Notes: generated by a model not told the origin, from the sequence alone. A stretch of DNA of 64,000 nucleotides from a bacterium (GCA_030648055.1 JAUSHI010000007.1:49621-113620), one strand, 5' to 3'; counted from the stretch's first letter, positions 17,678 through 27,272 are shown. Numbers and translations: made by a program.

Positions 17678-19648
17678 ATGGACTCCATCCTGGAAGGCTT
17701 AAACAACAAACAGCTTGAAGCGGTAACGGCCGTAGAAGGACCGGTATTGATAATTGCCGGGGCCGGCTCCGGAAAAACAAAGGCCCTCACGCACCGGGTG
17801 GCCCATTTAATATCACGCGGGATAAACCCATCATCAATTCTCGCGGTCACCTTCACCAATAAAGCGGCGGATGAGATGAAGACAAGAATCGCCGACCTCT
17901 TAAAAAAACACACTGCCAAAGAATCTCCAAAACTATTCCAAAAAGGAACGGCATCGCCTTTCGTCGGGACTTTTCACTCTCTTTGCGTATCAATCCTCCG
18001 TGAAGAATGCTCCAAAATAAAATTTCAAAGAAATTTCTCAATTTTTGATGAGGATGATTCGCTTTCACTCTTAAAAGAAATCATAAAAGAATTTAACATC
18101 TCTACCAAACAATACCCGCCGGGCATGGTCAGACACACGATCTCTAACCTAAAAAATGAACTAATAAGCGACGAAGAATATTCGGTCACGGCCGGAGAAG
18201 AAATTTTCTCAAAAAATGTTTCAAAAGTTTATGCCGAGTATCAGACGCGCCTGAAAAAAGCCAACGCTTTTGACTTTGATGATTTAATAACAAGCGTGGT
18301 GCGTATCTTCAAAGAAAATCCGGATGTCCTAAAAAAATACCAAGAACGCTTCTCCTACATCCACGTGGACGAATTTCAAGATACCAATATGCCCCAATAT
18401 CTTCTGGTCAGCCTTCTTACCAAATCGCGAGGAAACATCTTTGTTATCGGAGACGACGCGCAATCAATTTATTCATGGCGCGGAGCCGACATGCGAAACA
18501 TTTATAACTTTGAAAAAGAATGGCCTAACACCAAAGTCATACTTTTGGAACAAAATTACCGCTCAACCCAGACGATTTTGGGCGCGGCGAATGATTTAAT
18601 CACCAACAACCCCAGCCAAAAAAAGAAAAATCTATGGACGGAAAACACGGCCGGAGAACCGATAACCCTGATTTCAACCGAAAGCGAGCGGCATGAAGCA
18701 GGGCTAATCGCTGAAGAAATAATTCACTCAATTGAAAATGAAAAGCGCAAACCAAACGACTTTGCCGTACTGTATCGCACCAACGCTCAATCGCGATCAT
18801 TGGAAGAAGCACTACTTGATTCCTCCCTACCCTATGTCATCATCGGCGGCATTAAATTTTTCCAAAGAAGAGAAGTCAAAGACATCGTCGCTTATCTAAG
18901 ATTTCTGCAAAATCCTTCGGATAGCATCAGTTTAAAAAGAATAATAAACCTTCCTCCGCGCGGCATCGGGAGGGTTGCTTTCTTAAATTACATCGGGGGA
19001 GTAAGCGGAAAAAACGGAAGGAAAGAAAAAATAATTTTAGAAAAATTTGAAAGCCTCGTTGAAAAATTGCGCGAAGAACTGGAAAAAAATAATCTCTCAC
19101 AATTCATAAAAACATTAATAAAAAAAATAAATTACCGCGAGTATCTTGATGACGGATCTAATGAGGCCGAGATGCGCTGGGAAAATGTTCAAGAACTTGT
19201 AAGTTTAGCCAAACGCTTTGACAATGTCCCAACAAAAGAGGGGCTCGTGGAACTTCTAAGCGATATCGCGCTTGTGTCTTACGACGACGCGGACAAAACA
19301 GGCCCGAAAGAAAAAATATCACTGATGACCCTGCACGCGGCAAAAGGCCTTGAATTTCCGGTTGTTTTTATCGCCGGACTTGAAGAGGGTATTTTTCCCC
19401 ATTCCAAATCACTTTTAGAGCCCTCCTCACTTGAAGAAGAACGGCGCCTTTGCTATGTGGGAATCACCAGAGCCAAAGAAAAACTTTATCTTTTATGGGC
19501 AGGAAGAAGAACAATCTTCGGCGAAATACAGGCTAATATTCCTTCACGCTTCATAAAAGAAATACCGGAAAAATATCTGGAGGTTTCTGAAACAAGAAAC
19601 ACGGAACAAGGCGGCGGAGAATACGAAGACGAATCTCTTATTTTTTAA
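17678..19648 (+). CDS. pcrA: ATP-dependent DNA helicase, PcrA/UvrD family
   Basis: Walker A AGAGSGKT. Helicase motifs TFTNKAADEM, VDEFQDTN, QNYRST and VGITRAK. Confidence 0.9.
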   Translation: MDSILEGLNNKQLEAVTAVEGPVLIIAGAGSGKTKALTHRVAHLISRGINPSSILAVTFTNKAADEMKTRIADLLKKHTAKESPKLFQKGTASPFVGTFHSLCVSILREECSKIKFQRNFSIFDEDDSLSLLKEIIKEFNISTKQYPPGMVRHTISNLKNELISDEEYSVTAGEEIFSKNVSKVYAEYQTRLKKANAFDFDDLITSVVRIFKENPDVLKKYQERFSYIHVDEFQDTNMPQYLLVSLLTKSRGNIFVIGDDAQSIYSWRGADMRNIYNFEKEWPNTKVILLEQNYRSTQTILGAANDLITNNPSQKKKNLWTENTAGEPITLISTESERHEAGLIAEEIIHSIENEKRKPNDFAVLYRTNAQSRSLEEALLDSSLPYVIIGGIKFFQRREVKDIVAYLRFLQNPSDSISLKRIINLPPRGIGRVAFLNYIGGVSGKNGRKEKIILEKFESLVEKLREELEKNNLSQFIKTLIKKINYREYLDDGSNEAEMRWENVQELVSLAKRFDNVPTKEGLVELLSDIALVSYDDADKTGPKEKISLMTLHAAKGLEFPVVFIAGLEEGIFPHSKSLLEPSSLEEERRLCYVGITRAKEKLYLLWAGRRTIFGEIQANIPSRFIKEIPEKYLEVSETRNTEQGGGEYEDESLIF

Positions 19649-19650
19649 TT

Positions 19651-19760
19651 CCGTTAGAAGCCGCGGTCGCGGTACGAAAAACATCAAAATATGACTATAA
19701 TTGAGGAAAATTATAAGATCAATAATCAGCGGGTACTAACCGCGGCCTGCTTCTAACGGG
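19651..19760 (+). repeat. Hairpin element family A, copy A1
   Basis: Left arm CCGTTAGAAGCCGCGGTCGCGGTAC, right arm GTACTAACCGCGGCCTGCTTCTAACGGG. It fills the whole pcrA-rsmA spacer and ends at the rsmA ATG. Contains a 21-codon ORF at 19691-19756. Confidence 0.8.
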
Positions 19761-20546
19761 ATGAAGCCAAACAAACTTCTCGGACAACATTTTTTAAAAA
19801 ACAAAAAGGTGATTGAAATAATGATAAGGGCCGCAAAAAACGAGCCTGCTGTTGAGTATGTGCTTGAAATCGGACCGGGCCACGGAGTCCTCACGCGAGC
19901 CCTCGCTGAAAAGTTTAAGCATGTTATCGCCATAGAAAAAGATGCATGGCTTGCCGGAGAGTTGGCAAAAAAATTAAACACTGAAAAAATAACAAATTGC
20001 AAAATTATCGCTGGCGATATATTAAAAATAAATTTCCAAAAACTTCTTGGCAAGGCTCCATATGCGGTAATCGCAAATATCCCTTATTACCTTACCGGCC
20101 GCCTTATTCGCCTGCTCTTAGAAACAAAACATAGGCCCTCCTACATAATTTTAATGGTGCAAAAAGAAGTCGCCGAACGAATTACCGCTGGTCCGCCGGA
20201 AATGAATATGCTCGCCCTGTCGGTACAGGCTTTCGGAAAGCCGCGGATTATGGAACACGTTTCAAAAAAAGAATTTTCTCCGCCGCCGCAGGTTGATTCG
20301 GCCATAATAAAAATTTCGGGAATTTCTGAAAAATTTTTTGTTAAAAATAAAATTTCCGAAAAAGAGTTTTTCGCCATAATACGCGCCACCTTTTCTCAAA
20401 AAAGAAAGCGCCTCGCCAATACGCTTGCGAAATTCTACGGAGACAAAAAAATCGCCGAAGAAAAAATAAAAAAAACGGGCCTCTCTAAAAACGCCCGCCC
20501 GCAAGAGCTTACGCTCAAAAAATGGCTTAAACTCTCTGATAAGTAA
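19761..20546 (+). CDS. rsmA: 16S rRNA (adenine1518/1519-N6)-dimethyltransferase
   Basis: LGQHFL, SAM motif EIGPGHGVLT and ANIPYY. Confidence 0.9.
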   Translation: MKPNKLLGQHFLKNKKVIEIMIRAAKNEPAVEYVLEIGPGHGVLTRALAEKFKHVIAIEKDAWLAGELAKKLNTEKITNCKIIAGDILKINFQKLLGKAPYAVIANIPYYLTGRLIRLLLETKHRPSYIILMVQKEVAERITAGPPEMNMLALSVQAFGKPRIMEHVSKKEFSPPPQVDSAIIKISGISEKFFVKNKISEKEFFAIIRATFSQKRKRLANTLAKFYGDKKIAEEKIKKTGLSKNARPQELTLKKWLKLSDK

Positions 20547-20553
20547 GGCGAAA

Positions 20554-21762
20554 TTACCCACAACCGCATACTTCCGTCATGGGATCCCAAATCACACCCT
20601 GATATCCAGCATCATAACAAGAATTAATACACCCCAACGTATCTAATCCTGAGCAATTAGTTACAACGTAACAGCAGGTTTTCCCGGCAAGATTCACTCC
20701 GGGTGTTTTTGGATTTCCTCCTTCAACGTAACAGACCGGCATGACACCACAGTAAAAATAACAATACGCATTGGCATTAGGAATAGTAAAAATTTCTTTC
20801 AGCATTTTTATGTAATCTCTCAAATTCCACGAAAGTATAACCCCCCGCGGGGTGTCGTAAGAAAGAAGCCCAGCCGAAGAGTTAAAAAAGGCGCTCTTCC
20901 CGCTGTTTAATATGGCATTAATGTCATCATTATATCCTTGCGAGCGCATCAACTCCTGAAATTCCTTTAATGCTTCTTCGCGCGAAACCTTTTGTGCTGA
21001 AGGCGGAACCAAAATACGCCCTTCGTTTATTGCCTTTGCCACAGCCGCCTCTCTCAACTTAAACTCATACGGACGATCATAAAAATTCTCCGCATTCTTA
21101 AATGCTTCATACCGTTCTTTCGTAATATACCCCTTGTCAAAAAGATATTTCCTCACCACAAGATTAAACGCCCTCATTTCTTGCTCAGACTTAAATTCGT
21201 ACTTACTCTCCTGTTGCATCACCCCCTCGCTTATAAGAAAATCCTGAACCTGCCTAAGGCCCGCTATGTAATAATCTGGATAAAGGGTGTTAAAAACCTC
21301 CTCCTTGGTGAGAGTTTTGGTTAAGCTCGCAATGACTCTTTCAATATCATTGCCCACCAAAGCGCTATTTAACTCTTTCGCTTCAAAAAGCCCGGCGGGA
21401 TTTCCTTGACTTTCCTTAAGAAAATCTAAAACGTTTTGGGAAGTAAGTCGCGCTACGGCTGACGAAATTAACGGCTTCAAATCTTGAGTAATTACGCCGT
21501 AAAAATCCGTTGTTATGCCAAAAAGCGGCCGTTTTTGTGTTTCAAAAACACCAGTTAAGCCTATCTTCCCTGGGTCCTGAACACCTTCCGATGTGCTCCC
21601 TACTTTTTCTGGAACATTCAGAGCTTTTCCGCCCCCAGACACCGGGAGGCCGTCGCCGTTTAGTGTCGCAACTGGCCCGGAAGAACGAAAAAACAAAATA
21701 CCAAGAGCGACGCCGCCCACAATCAACACCACCGTAGCCAAAACAACAATACGCTTATCCAT
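20554..21762 (-). CDS. Membrane-anchored hypothetical protein with a cysteine-rich C-terminal module
   Basis: N-terminal TM IVVLATVVLIVGGVALGILFF. The last ~75 aa contain 11 Cys (..CYFYCGVMPVCY..KTCCYVVTNCSGLDTLGCINSCY..VCGCG). Confidence 0.55.
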   Translation of the reverse strand: MDKRIVVLATVVLIVGGVALGILFFRSSGPVATLNGDGLPVSGGGKALNVPEKVGSTSEGVQDPGKIGLTGVFETQKRPLFGITTDFYGVITQDLKPLISSAVARLTSQNVLDFLKESQGNPAGLFEAKELNSALVGNDIERVIASLTKTLTKEEVFNTLYPDYYIAGLRQVQDFLISEGVMQQESKYEFKSEQEMRAFNLVVRKYLFDKGYITKERYEAFKNAENFYDRPYEFKLREAAVAKAINEGRILVPPSAQKVSREEALKEFQELMRSQGYNDDINAILNSGKSAFFNSSAGLLSYDTPRGVILSWNLRDYIKMLKEIFTIPNANAYCYFYCGVMPVCYVEGGNPKTPGVNLAGKTCCYVVTNCSGLDTLGCINSCYDAGYQGVIWDPMTEVCGCG

Positions 21763-21804
21763 GACACAATAATTATACCGTGAGCCGCTCCAAAAGCATA
21801 TTGG

Positions 21805-21834
21805 TTATCCACAGAAAAGCGTTTTTTATACACA
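21805..21834 (+). promoter_or_regulatory. DnaA-box-like pair in a divergent promoter region
   Basis: Perfect TTATCCACA at 21805-21813 and one-mismatch TTATACACA at 21826-21834. Confidence 0.4.
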
Positions 21835-21854
21835 ATTGTACTATAATTAAACCA

Positions 21855-22865
21855 ATGAGAAATAATAGGTTTTCTTGGAAAACTCTAATCCTTGGTAAGA
21901 GGTTGCTTTTGCTTCTCGTCCTGCTTGTCGCAATGTCAGCCGTGGTTATTCTGGTAGTACCTTTTGGACCGCGCGGAAAAAAGAATATTGCCTTCACGCC
22001 CCCTAAAACAAAAGAAGAAGCATTAGCCAATCTCAATAGAGATTCTGACAATGACGGACTAAAAGATTGGGAAGAAAAAATTTACGCGACCGACCCCGCC
22101 AACGCCGATACTGACGGCGACAGCACTCCTGACGGCCAAGAACTTAAAGACGGCAGAAACCCTTTAAAACCCGGGCCAGACGACAAACTTGAAATACCTC
22201 TGCCCCAGCCTGAAAACAACAATAAAACCGAACTGCTCGCAAGCAGTATTGCCAGCAAATCGCTTACAAAAATTGTAATTCAGGCCGCGAATGGAGAATC
22301 AGTGAACAACGCGCTTGATGAATTCAAAGACCCAAAAGAAATAGACAATCTGATTGCATCTCTGGGTAAAGAACAGCCGTTAGACAAAGTTATCCAGCCC
22401 CAATTAAAAGAACTCATCACAACTGCCGATAATTCCCCGGAGGCGGTAAAAAAATATTTCAACACCATCGCCAAAATTCAGCTTGTTAACTTTTTAAATA
22501 TGGAAAGCGACATAAGCATTTTATACCTTGCCCAGTCTTCCGGAAACGTGAAGGCTTTCCGGCGGCTTGACGCAAATATTGCCACCATTGAAAAAGTCAT
22601 CGCGGAAATAAAACAAACACCGGTGCCGACCAAATGGGTCTCTTTCGCGAAAAATCTCGTCTGGTATCTTTCAAAAACTCTCGCCGCGGTAAAAATACTC
22701 CGCGACACCGAAAATGATCCGGTCTCGTCTCTTCTTATCCTTCAGGGCCGCATACAACTTATTGACGACTTCGCGAACCTATATCAGGACACAAAATTAC
22801 AACTCACCGGAATAGATTTTTCGGAAAACGAGCCGGCTTATGGCCTATTTCTTAAAATAAAATGA
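21855..22865 (+). CDS. Membrane-anchored protein with thrombospondin type-3-like Ca-binding repeats
   Basis: Start chosen at ATG 21855 (MRNNRFSWK.., with a TM). DSDNDGLKDWEE and DTDGDSTPDGQE repeats. Confidence 0.55.
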   Translation: MRNNRFSWKTLILGKRLLLLLVLLVAMSAVVILVVPFGPRGKKNIAFTPPKTKEEALANLNRDSDNDGLKDWEEKIYATDPANADTDGDSTPDGQELKDGRNPLKPGPDDKLEIPLPQPENNNKTELLASSIASKSLTKIVIQAANGESVNNALDEFKDPKEIDNLIASLGKEQPLDKVIQPQLKELITTADNSPEAVKKYFNTIAKIQLVNFLNMESDISILYLAQSSGNVKAFRRLDANIATIEKVIAEIKQTPVPTKWVSFAKNLVWYLSKTLAAVKILRDTENDPVSSLLILQGRIQLIDDFANLYQDTKLQLTGIDFSENEPAYGLFLKIK

Positions 22866-24670
22866 GTATACTTTCTTTTGACCACAAATCAATAATCGCG
22901 GGGGTACTTCTCTTCGTAGTAATGGCAGGCTTAATTTTGGCGCCACTCACCATAAGAGCCGTGGTGACAACCGAAAGCCCATCGGAAATTGCCAAACTCG
23001 TAACCCTCATCGGCAACGCGGTTAAACAACTTGCCGAGCTAATTTTTCAAAGTGGCCAGCTTAGTTCTCTCAACACCTACTTTATTGTTTGGAAGCCGGC
23101 GGTAAAATTTCTTTCCTCCTTGATTCTCAAAGCGCTCACCGAAAGCATCATCAGGTGGATCCAAGACGGAGGCAATACCAATTTCGTATCAAATCTCCAG
23201 GGCGCGCTTGTGAGAGCCGCGGATGAGGCCGCTGGGGAGTTTCTAAATTATTTTGCAGGAATAAACTTATGCGGTCCCATAGCCAACCCCTTGCGGGGCA
23301 TACTAAGAATACCGAGATTAAGTCTGGACTCCCGCTTAAGCTGTACCGCGACAGGCATTTTCGCGAATCTCCAAACAACTTACCAAGAATTTTTGAACGA
23401 TTTCACCAGTGGCGGCTGGATTGCTTATGAATCAACATTTTACGGCAGTAACAATTACATTGATGGCCTAATTAATTCAATTGACGCAAAACTTGAAGCC
23501 GAGTCGCGACGAACAGCGATAGTGCAGGCAAGATTTGACGCGGGACAAGGATTCCTAGGCATAACTGTCAAAAAGCAAGACTGTAGAAATGCACTACCGG
23601 ATAACACCTATAATGACGGAAGTCTTATCTGCGAAACCGTGGATGTACAAACAACGCCCGGCCGACTCGTTGCCGATACATTATCAAAAGCTGTCGGCTC
23701 GGGCATTGATCAGGCAGTCAACATAAACGATATTGGCCAGGCGCTTGACGCAATAATCGGCGCGCTCATCTACAAACTCGTCACTTCAGCGCAAGCCGGT
23801 CTTTTTTCAAACAATGAACAAAGCGGACTATTTGATCGCGACCTTCTATTAATACCTTCGCCTGAAGAAACACCGCCCATACCTTCACCCCAAGGAACGC
23901 CGCCAATGCCTACGCCTCAAGGAACGCCTCCCGACTTGTATATCTCCACAAGCCCGACACCAATTCAAACAAACATCCTCGCCGGAGATTTGATAGAGTT
24001 TTCTGGCACAATAAAAAACCAAGGGGGAACGGCAATTAATACTCCGTTTAACGCAAGGTTTAAGATTGACGTGGATGATGACGGAACTTTTGATGAAACA
24101 ATAAACGCAAATTCACTAATTTTTAATGTTCCTGCCGGCGGAGAAGTGAAAGTAACTTCAGTATCATGGAGAGCGTCCAACGGTACGCACCGAGTTATAC
24201 TCTGCGCGGAGGCTCTTCCTGCGGAAGCATTGCAAGAAAATAACTGCAGTTTAGGCGGGACCGGAATTTTCGCTGTGGGGCAAAAACCCGATCTTACAAT
24301 ATCCGAAAACCCATCAATATATTCAGGAATACCAAACCCCGGTCAATTAATAATTTTCAAAGGCGAAATTAAAAACCAAGGCGGAGCCGCGGCAACAGCA
24401 ACATCAACATTTGAAAATCGCTTCCAAATAGACCTCAACAATGACGGTACAACCGATATAACTCTCTCCCCGAATCCGACCATAGCCAGTCTCGCCGCGG
24501 GTGCTACACAAACAATTATTTCTCCATCCTGGTCGGCAATTCTGGGCACACACCGAGTAATTCTATGCGCCGACATACCAAGCCGGGTAATAACCGAATC
24601 AGATGAACTTAATAATTGCAATCCGGCGGGTACCGGATTATTTACCATTGGACCTTTTATCTCGCCATAA
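22862..24670 (+). CDS. Membrane-anchored surface protein with a Pro-rich linker and two CARDB/Ig-like repeats
   Basis: Start overlaps the previous stop (ATGA). N-terminal TM. PSPEETPPIPSPQGTPPMPTPQGTPP linker. Two ~115-aa internal repeats (..KNQGG..THRVILCA..NNC..GTG.F..G). Confidence 0.6.
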   Translation: MSILSFDHKSIIAGVLLFVVMAGLILAPLTIRAVVTTESPSEIAKLVTLIGNAVKQLAELIFQSGQLSSLNTYFIVWKPAVKFLSSLILKALTESIIRWIQDGGNTNFVSNLQGALVRAADEAAGEFLNYFAGINLCGPIANPLRGILRIPRLSLDSRLSCTATGIFANLQTTYQEFLNDFTSGGWIAYESTFYGSNNYIDGLINSIDAKLEAESRRTAIVQARFDAGQGFLGITVKKQDCRNALPDNTYNDGSLICETVDVQTTPGRLVADTLSKAVGSGIDQAVNINDIGQALDAIIGALIYKLVTSAQAGLFSNNEQSGLFDRDLLLIPSPEETPPIPSPQGTPPMPTPQGTPPDLYISTSPTPIQTNILAGDLIEFSGTIKNQGGTAINTPFNARFKIDVDDDGTFDETINANSLIFNVPAGGEVKVTSVSWRASNGTHRVILCAEALPAEALQENNCSLGGTGIFAVGQKPDLTISENPSIYSGIPNPGQLIIFKGEIKNQGGAAATATSTFENRFQIDLNNDGTTDITLSPNPTIASLAAGATQTIISPSWSAILGTHRVILCADIPSRVITESDELNNCNPAGTGLFTIGPFISP

Positions 24671-24705
24671 CAGCAATAGCAACAACAATTCTTCTTTGGT
24701 TAGCC

Positions 24706-27093
24706 ATGAAAAATAGCTTAATCCAAAAATTGATTTTTTCTCTCGTTCTCACAAGCGTGATTTTGCCGGTTTTTGCGTTTTCGCTCTCACCACTTCCGGC
24801 CCAAGCCGAGGTTAACGCAAGTAGTGCAGGGCTAAGCACGATTAAAGAAAATGTGGACAAACTTGGAGAGGCCTGCAACGGATGGAACTTGATTTTAAAG
24901 ATTAAGCTAGACTGCATTATCTTAAACACCGTCTGGCTTGTAGATAAATTTTTGGCTGGAACATTTCTTGCCGCCGCTACTTATATTTTTGACATATCAA
25001 TATCGTACAACTTAACGGACATAGCCGGCACAAGCCCGTTTGTAAAAGTCGGATGGGGAATAGTACGCGATATTGCCAACCTGTTTTTTATCTTTATTCT
25101 CTTGTGGATCGCTCTGGCGACTATTTTTGATATTTCCGGTTACGGCGCCAAAGACCTCCTGCGCCAACTCATTATCGCCGCTCTTCTTATTAATTTTAGT
25201 TTGGCTATTGGGGGATTTTTTATAAACTTTACCAACGCGCTTGGAAGAGCTTTTTTAGGATCTCTTCGCGGCGGAAGCTGTGTAATAGGCAACGACCTAT
25301 CGTGCGCAATATCCGCTAAACTGCTGGCCTTTACTCACATACAGCAAGTCACAAATGAACCGACATCCGCCGCTGAACGGAAATCAATTTGTGAAAAAGA
25401 GTATCCTACTTCTGCGTCAAGAGGCGGCGCTGATAAAGCAAAGCTTTATTACGAATGTTTAATATATGACTCCGTGGCACAAACAGTTAGGGCCGGTCAA
25501 CAGGGTGCCGTCCAGAGCGCCATCTACCAAGCCCTTTGGCTTATTGTCATAATCCCCATACTTTCCTTTGTTTTTTTTGCCGGAGCAATCTTTTTCCTTG
25601 CCCGTTATCTTATGCTTTCCTATCTTTTGGTTTTCGCGCCGATAGTTTTCCTGTTTTTCATTCTTCCCACCACCAAACACTATTGGACCGAATGGTGGAG
25701 CAATTTAATAAAATGGTCGTTCTTCGCGCCGGCTTTTTTCTTCCTGCTCTTCCTTACTATTGAAACATTTGATCAGCTTGCCAAAATAAATGTCGCCCAA
25801 GGTAAAGGATTCTTTGGCATCGGCTTTGATATGATTCTTTTAATCGCCATGATGGTTATAAATCTTATGCTCGCGCAAAAAATGGGTATTTATGGAGCAA
25901 GCACGGTAACCGGATGGGGCAAAAGCGCGCAAAAATGGGCCGGCACAACAGCGCGCGGTATCGCCTACCGTGGAGCGGTCAGAGGCGCGGCACCAATGGC
26001 AAAAGCACTTACCGAAAGCCGTACCGGCCGGTTCCTTGCCGGAACACCCGGTCTTCGCGCCTTAACAACTCCGGCGCTTGCCATACAAGAACAGCGAGAG
26101 AAAATTGACGCCGACCGCGCAAAACAAATTGAGCGGGCATCAGCCGTATCTCCAGACCTTGCTCTCGCACGCCTTAATGGCGAGGCCATAGGAGTACAAG
26201 CCGCGTTCGCAAAATCAGCAAGCCCTGAAAATCTGGGCAAGCTCTTAAAAGCAATGCCCGATGCCAAAGCCCAGGAAAACTTTATATCAAGACTTTCTGC
26301 CAATAAAGAAGCCTATGGACTTACCGACATTCTTGATAAAAAAGTAGGCGAAGCAATGGTAAACGAGGCAAATGGGCTTACCTTAAGAGTTGTCGCTAAA
26401 ACCGGCAAAACCAGCGACAACCGCGCAGAATTCCAACAACACGTTAATAATTATCTTGGTGGATTAACCGACCCAGAACTGGCGCAGGCCATGACCGCTA
26501 AATCAATTTCAGGAAACGCATTTGTGTCGGAATATATCCTGAAAAACTTCAAAAACGAAATGCGAATCGGACGAGCCACCCTCGACACTCCGGAGAAAAT
26601 AAAGGAACTTAACGAAATAATTAAAGCGGCGGGAGGAAAAAGAGCGTTTGCGCAAGAAATGAAAAACCGTGGAAATGACCAAGGCGCTAAAGATATTCTA
26701 ACTAGCTTAATCATGAACGTATTAGATGGAGCCGCGGCGCGACCGTTTATAGCGCGCCAAGGCAGAAGGAGAAATGAACAAAACGAGGATTATGAAGACG
26801 AAGACGACGAAGGAGGTGAAGATGGTGGAGGTGAAGGCAATAGTAGACCAAGAAGACCTACGCCAACACAACCAACTTCACCATCGCCATCAACTCCACC
26901 ACCAGCTCCGCCAACACGGCCGCCGCCACCGATAACAACTCCGCCAACAAGACCAACTCCGCCACTACCGCCATCAGCACCATCACCAAAACCCATCCCC
27001 CCAACAGAAAGACCACGCGTAACATATGTACCACCGCCATCAACGCCACCGCCGACTCCACCAACACGGTCAACTCCACCAGCACAGCCGTAG
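24706..27093 (+). CDS. Polytopic membrane protein, VirB6/TrbL-like, with a long tail (acidic patch plus proline-rich tract)
   Basis: Start chosen at ATG 24706 (signal/TM MKNSLIQKLIFSLVLTSVILPVFAF). At least 6 hydrophobic helices. Tail carries NEDYEDEDDEGGEDGGGEG followed by ~90 aa of PTPP/PPTRP repeats. Synteny with virB4. Confidence 0.5.
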   Translation: MKNSLIQKLIFSLVLTSVILPVFAFSLSPLPAQAEVNASSAGLSTIKENVDKLGEACNGWNLILKIKLDCIILNTVWLVDKFLAGTFLAAATYIFDISISYNLTDIAGTSPFVKVGWGIVRDIANLFFIFILLWIALATIFDISGYGAKDLLRQLIIAALLINFSLAIGGFFINFTNALGRAFLGSLRGGSCVIGNDLSCAISAKLLAFTHIQQVTNEPTSAAERKSICEKEYPTSASRGGADKAKLYYECLIYDSVAQTVRAGQQGAVQSAIYQALWLIVIIPILSFVFFAGAIFFLARYLMLSYLLVFAPIVFLFFILPTTKHYWTEWWSNLIKWSFFAPAFFFLLFLTIETFDQLAKINVAQGKGFFGIGFDMILLIAMMVINLMLAQKMGIYGASTVTGWGKSAQKWAGTTARGIAYRGAVRGAAPMAKALTESRTGRFLAGTPGLRALTTPALAIQEQREKIDADRAKQIERASAVSPDLALARLNGEAIGVQAAFAKSASPENLGKLLKAMPDAKAQENFISRLSANKEAYGLTDILDKKVGEAMVNEANGLTLRVVAKTGKTSDNRAEFQQHVNNYLGGLTDPELAQAMTAKSISGNAFVSEYILKNFKNEMRIGRATLDTPEKIKELNEIIKAAGGKRAFAQEMKNRGNDQGAKDILTSLIMNVLDGAAARPFIARQGRRRNEQNEDYEDEDDEGGEDGGGEGNSRPRRPTPTQPTSPSPSTPPPAPPTRPPPPITTPPTRPTPPLPPSAPSPKPIPPTERPRVTYVPPPSTPPPTPPTRSTPPAQP

Positions 27094-27177
27094 TCGCCAA
27101 CGCCTTAAACATTAAACAAACCGCACAAAAAGTGGTTTGTTTAATAAAACCACCGCATGTGTGCACACTATGATAAT

Positions 27178-27206
27178 TTGACAGAAAACTAAAATTAGTT
27201 TATAAT
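27178..27206 (+). promoter_or_regulatory. Perfect-consensus sigma70 promoter
   Basis: TTGACA (27178-27183), 17-nt spacer, TATAAT (27201-27206). Confidence 0.7.
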
Positions 27207-27272
27207 TCATATAATACCTTAAAAACCAGCGCTTAAAACAACCCGCAATTATAGCCAGACGGAGGGCTAAAG

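Noticed and set aside
19691-19756. The 21-codon ORFs of family A interpreted as a small secreted-peptide or RiPP precursor gene family.
   Set aside because: Their C-terminal halves are encoded by the conserved right arm, so peptide similarity may be a by-product of hairpin conservation. There is no SD and no adjacent modification enzymes, and copy A4 lacks the ORF. The ORFs are kept only as a possible regulatory uORF within the family-A finding.
19651-19760. Family A arms resemble integron attC cores (GTTAGAA / TTCTAAC versus GTTRRRY / RYYYAAC).
   Set aside because: The order is inverted relative to attC, which has RYYYAAC first and GTTRRRY last. The final base does not fit the consensus. 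There is no integron integrase or cassette array, and the copies are dispersed next to housekeeping genes.
26790-27166. Minus-strand ORFs of 68 and 102 aa in the proline-rich tail of the VirB6-like gene.
   Set aside because: They are antisense to a CCN-rich repeat tract (giving GGN-rich, Gly/Val translations) and are an artefact of low complexity.
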